From Pecten maximus (taxonomy: Eukaryota): 64,000 nucleotides of DNA. Of this stretch, positions 50,972 through 60,700 are shown piece by piece (within the stretch, counting starts at the first letter, position 1; every line of letters starts with the position of its first letter). The stretch covers positions 23,622,001 through 23,686,000 of the forward strand of contig NC_047023.1 of the NCBI RefSeq assembly GCF_902652985.1, read 5' to 3'. Made by a program: the position numbers and the translations under genes. The notes below the pieces were generated by a model, which saw nothing but the letters and a program-made list of their open reading frames with translations, was not told the DNA's origin and did not search any database.

Positions 50972-51726
50972 TGACCTACCAGATAGTATTTTCAAGGTCA
51001 TATGGTTTGAACGTGTAAAAATCATTTACCACGGTCCGAAATCCAATATGGCCGCCATGACGTCATACGTAAAAAGTTTTAGATTGCCACAACTAAAGAA
51101 GTTTTAATTATACAGAGGTCATGTAATTGTATTATTTGTAGATACTGTCTAGGGCTAACTTTTTCCAACAAAACGTTTTAGGTCAGAGGTCAAATAAAAA
51201 AGTGCTCTAAGGGGTCAAATAAGTCTATTTTTAGAAAATCTTCATTTTTCAATCTTTTTCCATAAAAAATTATTAGTATAATGCAGCATGTTATTCTGAT
51301 GATTTTGATGTCTTTAGTGTTTCGGTAACATTTGCCATTAACGCGGTACGCCATTTTGAATTAATCTGGCATCTGAGATATAACGTTTCAACAAAGGAGT
51401 TGGACGAGGGGAGGTAACTCGTACAATGTGCTGTACGAGTTATCTCCCCTCGTCCAACTTCTTTGTTGAAAACGTTATATCTCAGGATGCCAGATTAATT
51501 CAAAATAAAGTGGATGACCTATCAAGTGTTCTAAAATAGTGTTTTACGTTTGTAAAAACCAAGCCTTTAGGTCATTTATGCTAAGTAGGTGAAAAGCCTT
51601 TCAAATTCTTATTGTTAGCCAACAATTTCTAGTTTTAATTAGATTTTTGTTCAAATGAACATTATTGACCTACCAGCTAGTACTTTCAAGGTCATATGGT
51701 TTGAAAGTGAAAACATCATTTACCAC
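50972..51726. repeat. repeat element with about 60-bp direct repeats at the ends and a central about 150-bp palindrome
   Basis: tgacctaccag.tagta.tttcaaggtcatatggtttgaa...catttaccac at 50972-51031 and 51667-51726. Near-perfect hairpin at 51353-51506. Confidence 0.6.
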
Positions 51727-54160
51727 TTGTGATTGTTAGTCAGTAGCATGCTTGCATGGAGCGCTATCAAATTTGCTCAGATCAATGACCTTGAAGTTTG
51801 TATCATCTTATTATTTTTAAACAACTTATTTACTACATTAGACACTTGGTCAGTGTCATTTATTTCAATTAATTTAATTGTCCTAAATCCCAGTACTCAT
51901 AACTTTATGGGATATGAGCAAGATGTTGCGTCTGGTGCGAGTTCAAAATTACCTTTCCAGGAAGTGAGCCTCAATTATTTGTGCTTCATGCCAGCAGGAA
52001 TTTTGTTAGTATCGGGGGCACTTGGCGTAAATATAATTATCTTCTATGTACTTATAATGTATTTCTAAACAGTTTATATATAAAATTGTAGTATAGTTTC
52101 ACCCATCCTCATAATTTTGAATCATTTCCATTAAAATCAAGCTTTCCTACATAAACCTTAGTAAATTTAAGCACCACTCCAGGGAGAAACATAAAACATA
52201 GAGGCCATGATTTTTTTTTGATAAATCACCTTCAGCCCTTTCCATCCATGTAGAGTATTTAATTCTACTAAATCTGGGCCTTAAAGAAAAAATCCAGTCG
52301 ATTTGACCCAAACATGTAATCGATCTGATGATCATTTTGTCCGCTTTACCTATATTTCTCTTTGTTTTCTCTTCACTTTCATTCTTTAACCGATCATTTG
52401 ATTACTATGACCTTGAACTTTGATGGACAAGGTCAACTATTTGCACAATTATTGCAGCCAGCAACTCGTGCTCAACATGCGATGATTATCAAGTGTATAT
52501 GTGTCATACTAATGAAAGAAAATATTTGAATTGAAATTTTTGGATAATTTTGAATTTTGGCTGGAAAACAAAAGTGCCATATCTGCGTCATTTTTGATGA
52601 TTTGACCTTGAAATGTTGCAAACACCTTCATCGGGGCAGGCTCTTTAAAATGTGACCCAAATAATTTACTGTGACCTTGAATGAAGGCCGTCATGGTCAA
52701 CAAAAAGCATAACATTTGTAGCCAGCAATACATGCTATCGATATGTCACACATCAAGCTTTCATGTGTATAGTTAAAGGAGCAGAAACCTTTTTATCTGC
52801 AATTATGGATGATTTTTGAATTTTTGGCGGGAAAAACTTTTTTTTTCAAAGTGCCATACTAGTAACTAAAATTCTCTGTTATTGTTTATCTGACGATCAT
52901 ACAACTTACATATTCTGTTTCATATGCGATATTATTGACCTACTTTTGACCCTATAGCAAGGCCTTGGCCTTGACACATTCTCTAATAACATGTCATTGA
53001 CCAAATTCTAACCGATTTCCAATGAAAACTTAACAAAGTATGCTACAATATGTTGAGTTCCTTTATAAACTATAGTAAAAGTGTTACTCAAGGTTCATGG
53101 AATTTACAATTTTGATAAAGAACCTTCCATCCATGAATAGTATATCATTCTGCCATATATCTGGGTTTTAAGAAGATTTTTGAAGGTCAATTTGACTCAT
53201 TTTAGCCACACCTCTCAGGGGTAGGGACCATATACACCGTGGAGAAGGTTAACGGACTTATATATATACTTTACAATTTCGGCAGACATTTAGCTAAGGA
53301 AGGTTTCAGGAAAATTTCATCAAAAAAAGTTGAGGAATTTTTTTAGAAGTTGAAATGTGAAATGTGGAAATGTTAACTAAGCCTAACGACGGACGACGAC
53401 TTACGAAGCCGTATTGAAAAAGGTCATTAAAGCACTTCTGTTCTTTAAAAAGTGGGACGAAATGGTTGGGGAGGGAGCCTGATCCTTACCACACATAATC
53501 CAAATCGATTGCGTGTGAAACCCCCTAACAGTTATGCCGTACATTACTGTACAGTAGGCTACTACTAACAGTAGACTGCAGTTTGGCGCCCTAAAACATT
53601 TGACCACTGGGTTCGACATATCCTATTTTTGACATTAAGCCTAATGAAACATATGTATGTATAACTCGCCCGACTACGATGGCCGATAGCGGCCGTACAT
53701 ATAATACACCTAGTTATACATAAATATGTACTAAATGACAAGTTTCATTAGGTACATTTAAAACTTTCAAAAATAAAATATGTACAGAATGAAAAATGTA
53801 CAGAATGAATTATGTACAAATAATACTTTCAAAAAGAAAATATGTACAAAATTGATTATGTACATAAAACAATCCTGAAAGAATGCATGGAATGCTCCGG
53901 AGTATGGTCGGCCATCGTAGATAACACGATTTAAGCGCTGGTTTCTCAACTGAGTGTTGTCTTACACTTATAAAAGTTGAAAATCCACTGGAAGTAAGTT
54001 GATATGGGATTTGACGAAGCATACAATTCCAATGAAAAAAATATCAAGCGATCAACACAGCTTGTCATTTGTTGCTACATTGAGTGAAATGTAGCAATGT
54101 CCATCCGCAAGAAGAGTGACGCGATTAAATAAACAGATGTGTTTCGATATCACCATTTTT

Positions 54161-54563
54161 TTACATTCTATTTAATTGTAAAACAATAGAGTTTTTTACA
54201 AGGGTTTCATCTCGTATAAGTTTATCTTGCATTAAATAATGTAACAACCCAAATGGAATACACGATTGTATGGCAAATTCACACCAGGTCTTTTCAACTT
54301 CCAACTGGTTAACAAAGCTCAAAGCTTCATTGAAATGTAAATCCACAATATCGTCATCAGATAATATCACACAAGCATATCCTAGCTGATTAGCTTGACC
54401 ATCTTTACGTCCTAGACATATGAAAAGCGCAGTTATCTTAGCTTTAATGATATACGCATAGGAAAGGCGCAACACATTTTTAAATATTCTCCAATAAGCT
54501 TTTTCTTCAATACGTTCGATAAAATACTCCTGTTGTTTTTTCTTTAATCAACTCTGTATCCAT
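54161..54563 (-). pseudogene. decayed intronless small ORF with a degenerate Cx2C...Q..H.C-like motif (Polinton/virus accessory-gene-like)
   Basis: MDTELIKEK/QQEYFIERIEEKAYWRIFKNVLRLSYAYIIKAKITALFICLGRKDGQANQLGYACVILSDDDIVDLHFNEAL..., with one frameshift near the start. The family resemblance is from memory and is unverified. Confidence 0.4.
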
Positions 54564-54809
54564 TATGAATATACTTCAGCACCAATGTGTTCGTTGAATA
54601 CGAATAACGATATAATATAGTCTGTGTAGATTGAGTTGTCTTCTGTCCAAAGTTTTCCAAAAATTTAAGAGATGTCCACCTCTTTTGAAAGACTGCTATA
54701 CCTTTCCTCTATCAATGATTGAATGTCTCATGCATGAACGTTGTAGTGTTAACATTTTGTGGAAGTGTAGCGTCTATCTAAATTATAAAAATCTACACCT
54801 CTCGTTTAA

Positions 54810-55217
54810 TCAACACAAAGATAGTTTTTCGACCATTTTTCTCCATTGCGATGATATCTAGATAGTCCCATGATTTAAGAATCACTCCACACATAAAACA
54901 CTGAACTTGGTCACTAATTCCATTGTTAAAAAACCGTCACGTCCAAGGTCATATGGAGTATGTCGTATATGACGTGACCATTCTTTAAAAGTGTTCAAAC
55001 GGCTGACAACTTGAAGCATAGAGGGATGTTTAGGAGTGAAAGTTTTTTTAACAAGTCTCCAGATATAGGCACAGTCTACTTACCTTCTCTGATTGACAGA
55101 CGTAGTTGACTTTTAACTTTCTTTATGATGACTTGTTCTGTAATATCCAACCGACAGACAATTTGACTTGTGTAAAATCTCTTTACTTGTTACGAAATCT
55201 ATTTGAGCTTGAGCCAT
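54810..55217 (-). pseudogene. inhibitor-of-apoptosis BIR-domain gene remnant
   Basis: The minus-strand translation across two frameshifts reads PKHPSMLQVVSRLNTFKEWSRHIRHTPYDLGRDGF/NNGISDQVQCFMCGVILKSWDYLDIIAME/KWSKNYL. This matches the BIR consensus RL.TF..W...P..LA..GF.Y.G..D.V.CF.C...L..W...D....EH.KW...C. The His and the last Cys ligand are lost. Confidence 0.8.
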
Positions 55218-55880
55218 AATATTTAATTTTTTGATAGGTGTCCTTATTTTATAGCGTACTAAAAGTGATCCTGATTTCGTATCAGCATGAGGTCATTTAA
55301 ATATAGAACTGGTGAAATACATAGGTAGACTACAAAGCTTTAAGGTCAGGATTTCTCAAATCCTCACAAGATCCTCATAAAATCCTCAGATCCTCACTAG
55401 GATCCTCATGGATCGTTATCGATCCTCACTTAATCCTCAGATTCTCATTGATCCTCGCTTCTATTTTACATCAACTTTTATACATAATTCATTTTGTACA
55501 TTTTTCATTCTGTACATATTTTCTTTTTGAAAGTATTATTTGTACATAATTCATTCTGTACATTTTTTCATTCTGTACATATTTTCTTTTTAAAAGTATT
55601 ATTTGTACATAATTCATTCTGTACATAATTCATTCTGTACATTTTTCATTCTGTACATATTTTCTTTTTGAAAGTTTTAAATGTACCTAATGAAACTTGT
55701 CATTTAGCACATATGTATGTATAATTAGGTGTATTATATGTACGGCCGCTATCGGCCATCGTACCCGACCCATATATGTCATGTCAGAAACTTGTGGGTA
55801 TCAGTTGCGTTTCGTAATAAATACAAATATTCCGGTCTATATATTTTGCGGAATACCGATAGTAAACTTCCGCTTCCACG

Positions 55881-56063
55881 ATGGCAGAGATTCACAACAC
55901 TGTCAAACAACTAATCAATGATAATGGGAAAGATGAGTTTCTCACGGCATCAGAGATTCTCCTTAAGTTTGCCGATAACATCATCAACCATCCAAATGAT
56001 CCAAAGTATAGAAAAATACGACTTGCGAACCCTACAATCGAAAACAAATTATTGCCAGTGTGA
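55881..56063 (+). pseudogene. truncated duplicate of NGLY1 exon 1 (60-aa partial PUB domain, no splice donor)
   Basis: It appears identical to 57714-57894 for 181 nt, then runs into the duplication junction and stops (CCA GTG TGA). Confidence 0.85.
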
Positions 56064-57713
56064 AAATTTAAGCACCACTCCAGGGAGAAACATAAAACAT
56101 AGAGGCCATGATTTTTTTGATAAATCACCTTCAGCCCTTTCCATCCATGAAGAGTATTTAATTCTACTAAATCTGGGCCTTAAAGAAAAAATCCAGTCGA
56201 TTTGACCCAAAACATATGTAATAGATCTGATGATCATTTTTCCGCTTTACCTATATTTCTCTTTGTTTTCTTTTCACTTTCGTTCTTTAACCGATCATTT
56301 GATTACTATGACCTTGAACTTTGATGGACAAGGTCAACTATCTGCACAATTATTGCAGCCAGCAACTCGTGCTCAACATGCGATGATTATCAAGTGTATA
56401 TGTGTCATACTAATGAAAGAAAACATTTGAATTGCAATTTTTGGACAATTTTGTATTTTGGCTGAAAAAGTGCCATATCTGCGTCATTTTTGATGATTTG
56501 ACCTTGAAATGTTGCAAACACCTTCATCGGGGCAGGCTCTTTAAAATGTGACCCAAATAATTTACTGTGACCTTGAATGAAGGCCAACGTCAAGGTCAAC
56601 AAAAAGCATAACATTTGTAGCCAGCAATACATGCTATCGATATGTCACACATCAAGCTTTCATGTGTATAGTTAAAGGAGCAGAAACCTTTTTATCTGCA
56701 ATTTTGGATGATTTTTGAATTTTTGGCGGGAAAAACTTTTTTTCCCAAAAGTGCCATACTAGTAACTAAAATTCTCTAATTGTTTATCTGACGATCATAC
56801 AACTTCCATATTCTGTTTCATATGCGATATTATTGACCTACTTTTGACCCTATAGCAAGGCCTTGGCCTTGACACATTCTCTAATAACATGTCATTGAAA
56901 ATGGTTAGCCCTGGCCAAATTCTAACCGATTTCCAATGAAAACTTAAAGTATGCTACAATATGTTGAGTTCCTTTATAAACTATAGTAAAAGTGTTACTC
57001 AAGGGTCATGAAATTTACAATTTTGATAAAGAACCTTCCATCCATGAATAGTATATCATTCTGCCATATATCTGGGTCTTGAGAAGATTTTTGATGGTCA
57101 ATTTGACTCATTTTAGCCACACCTCTCAGGGGTAGGGACCATATATACACAGTGGAGAAGGTTAACGGACTTATATAATATTATATACTTTACAATTTCG
57201 ACAGACATTTAGCTAAGGAAGGTTTCAGGAAAATTTCATCAAAAAAAGTTGAGGAATTTTTTTACAAGTTGAAATGTGAAATGTGGAAATGTTAACTAAG
57301 CCTAACGACGGACGACGACTTACGAAGCCGTATTGAAAAAAAGGTCATTAAAGCACTTCTGTTCTTTAAAAAGTGGGACGAAATGGTTGGGGAGGGAGCC
57401 TGATCCTGACCACATAATCCAAATTGATTGCGTGTGAAACCCCGTAACAGTACTAGTTATGCCGTACATTACTGTACAGTAGGCTACTACTAACAGTAGA
57501 ATGCAGTTTGGCGCCCTAAAACATGTGACCACTGGGTTCGACATATCCTATTTTTGACATTAAGCCTAATGAAACATATGTATGTATAACTCGCCCGACC
57601 CATATATAGTGTCATGTCAGATACTTGTGGGTATCAGTTGCGTTTCGTAATAAATACAAATATTCCGGTCTATATATTTTGCGGAATACCGATAGTAAAC
57701 TTCCGCTTCCACG

Positions 57714-60700
57714 ATGGCAGAGATTCACAACACTGTCAAACAACTAATCAATGATAATGGGAAAGATGAGTTTCTCACGGCATCAGAGATTCTCCTTAAG
57801 TTTGCCGATAACATCATCAACCATCCAAATGATCCAAAGTATAGAAAAATACGACTTGCGAACCCTACAATCGAAAACAAATTATTGCCAGTGTCTGGTG
57901 CATTGGAATGTTTGTTTGAGATGGGATTTATAGAGGTACTGTAACTTCAAATGGTCTCAAGTTATTTCCCCCTAAACATGTTCCATAGGCCAAGTACATG
58001 TGGCAACTGTACATGTGTTCGACATGTCCTATTTGACGTATATATTAATGAAACGTGCATGTATCTCAAAGCGGGTTGTTTTTACTTTGCCGGTCGCCAG
58101 AAGTTTCTGGGGACCGGCAAAGTAAAAATGCTACCTCAAAGCACTACATGACTTCTGAAAACTCACCCGACCCACAGGGACAATATAACTGGGACATGTA
58201 TGATGTTGGGAGGGGTCCTCCTAAATACACTGTACATAAATAGACCTGAATCAGGTTATGAATGGGTTTTGAAGGTTTTTATCGCTTATAATGATTATGC
58301 AAGAGAAGTGATGTCATTACATAACTTCAACTTCATTCTGCAGGTTCTCCTTGTTCTTGTAGCGGGACTGGACTGGGTCGATCATCGGTGACCAGGTAGC
58401 TCAATTGGTAGAGCATCCGGCTAGTGATCGTAGGTCCCGGGTTCGAACCCTGTTCTGGCCGCTACATTTTCTCCTCTCCTGTTGCAAAATTGGCGCCCAA
58501 CTAAAAAAATACCCACAGTGGTGGTATAAGAGTGTCTTGTGTCTTTGAGGGCGAAAAAATGAAGGTGTGTAGGGGGATTGGACTGGGTCAATCATCGGTG
58601 ACAAGGTAGCTCAATTGGTAGAGCATCTGTTCGGAGGTCCCGGGTTCGAATCCCGATCTGGCATTTTTAACTCGCAGACATACGCATGGAACTTCAAACT
58701 ATGACATTATATAAAAGCAGTATATTCATTGAATCGGAGCTGAAACACATCAATTTGCATTAACCAAAACTGAACCAAGAATGACATTCACTACATTAGT
58801 CGGCGACAAGACATGTTTAACTGCATTACATATTTTCCCCAATTTTTGTAATATGTCTATACTGTGTGTCAAAGTAACATTTTTATGTGTAGATGCTCTA
58901 ACCATTTGAGCTATGTGGCCATTAGCGTCCAGTTCTGCTAAAGTTGGATTGTGTTTGAAAAAAAAAAACAGAAAAAAAGAAAAACAAAAGTTCACAATGT
59001 ATAACATGTGAGTAAAACAAATATGCCCCTACAAATAAACAACTACTGTGCGAGTGACTTTTGAAAGTGGTTGTAAGACAGTATTAGAAAACTATGCAGA
59101 CAATTTCCTCGACTGTAGATAATGTCTGCTGTACGACGTTTATGTACCTGTGTACAATGTCCACTACACGTCGGTAATTAAGTGATGCCCATTGTGTCTG
59201 TGGACAATTTCCTGATTGTCTTTGAACAATATCCTTTTTCCAAAAACAAAGACTCCAAGTTTGAAATGATTACTCTCTACTGCCATTAGTATATGATAAG
59301 GTATAGGGTGGCTATAAAAATTCAAAAATAGATACAGATGTATCTGCTAATTTATAAATATTCCATTATGTCATTACCAGGTAATAAGAAAATTTAAAAC
59401 TAAGTTTAATTACTTAGCACTAAATCTTTCATAATTTAAAAAGATGCATGTGTGTTTACAGGATGGTGAGTTTCTGACATTTCCTACCAACATTCCTCCA
59501 ACTCTCACTCTGATACAAGTAAGGAATGAACTGCACACTGCTATACAGCTTGTCAGGTCTTCGACTGGAGGACCGTCAACAGGGCAGGCAACACCAAGGA
59601 TCCAACAGCCATCAGTCACTCCTCCAGCAAGACAGGTTGTCCAAAGGTCACCCCAAGCTATGCAGGTACAGCTGACACAGTTTTACTTTATATAGCTACA
59701 AATGTTAAGGTGTTTAACCCCCTGTTCGATGATTGTCCTATTGGTGGGTTATTCATGATCACCCTATTGTCCATCTGTAAGCCACAATCCTTGTTATCAC
59801 TATTTCTTAAGAAGTCTTCAAGAGCAATTCTCAAAATGTGAACGCTGTCCTTGGAATCTAGTTGTGCCTGTTCAATTTAAGTTTGATCGGGAAAACAAAA
59901 TGGTCTATAGGCAGCCATCTTGAATTTTGAAAGTTGAAGTTTGTTATCGCAATTAGTTGAGAAGTAATTTAAGGTTCCCCTCAGTCTCTGGTTATGCACA
60001 TTCAATTTTGAGACTGATTGGGGAAACGAAATGGCCGACAAACAGCTATTTTGGATTTTGTTTGAAGTTTGTTATCACTATTCTTGAGAGGAACTGGAAG
60101 GACTTTTCTCAAACTACATGAGGCCATATATATTGAGAAATGTCCTTCCATTTCCACTCAAGAATAGTGATAACAAACTTGCTTAAAGTTATTTCTCTCA
60201 AATTTCTTAATTATTCTTTCTCTGATTAAATAATCATGTAGGTTCCATATGCTTTTATGATGAAGGGGGAAAGTTGACAAAAGATCAAGCAGTAATTCAT
60301 TGTCATTGTAATTTGTACTGGTACATACATTGTGGGGTCCTTTCTGACATGTGGATAGTATGGTATATTTGTAGAAATGTTTATATACATGTAAATACAA
60401 AATGTATGTTTATATTTCAGCAAGCAGAAAGGCAATTTTTCAGAAAGATTGAATCAAATTTGGTACATGTGCTGAGCTATGAAAAGAGAGATTTGCAGAT
60501 TAAGGCGAGGTCGCTTATTCCAATGGAAGAGTTAAACAAAAAGGCAAGAAACAGTTTCAGTGCTTTACAGGCAGCTGATAAAGATACCTCTGCTGTGGGG
60601 GTTCAGGACTGCTTTCTCTTGTCTCTTCTGGCCTGGTTTAAGAATTCTTTCTTCAAGTGGGTGGATGCTCCCGAGTGTGATATTTGCAAGGGTACGACAC

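Larger units (their letters stand above)
53675..55763. mobile_element. 2089-bp IS3EU-like non-autonomous TIR element carrying captured gene remnants
   Basis: Termini TACGATGGCCGATAGCGGCC...GGCCGCTATCGGCCATCGTA, with long TIRs containing tandem sub-repeats (about 53675-53860 and 55479-55763). TSD CCCGAC at 53669-53674 and 55764-55769. A single CCCGAC marks the empty site in the duplicate (57594-57599). TAY..RTA ends with a 6-bp TSD fit IS3EU. Confidence 0.88.
52163..57894 (+). repeat. about 1.83-kb tandem duplication of the NGLY1 upstream region plus the first 181 nt of exon 1 (copy 1 52163-56061 including a 2.1-kb insertion, copy 2 56064-57894)
   Basis: Both copies start aaatttaagcaccactccagggag and are collinear through ...ttattgccagtgt. 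Non-coding parts differ by small indels and substitutions. Confidence 0.92.

Noticed and set aside
53675-55763. Whole element as a Polinton/Maverick (6-bp TSD, long TIRs)
   Set aside because: The termini are TAC...GTA rather than AG...CT, it is only 2.1 kb, and it has no polymerase, integrase or capsid remnants. Only the cargo may be Polinton-derived.
58390-58662. Two tRNA genes
   Set aside because: The anticodon arms are degenerate or deleted, and both lie in direct repeats flanking a PBS, so they are better explained as LTRs of a TRIM-like element.
59715-60215. Degenerate about 140-bp repeats containing aaaatgg...cagccatctt
   Set aside because: It is probably a fragment of a common interspersed repeat, but I could not define termini or TSD, so it is not called as a specific element.
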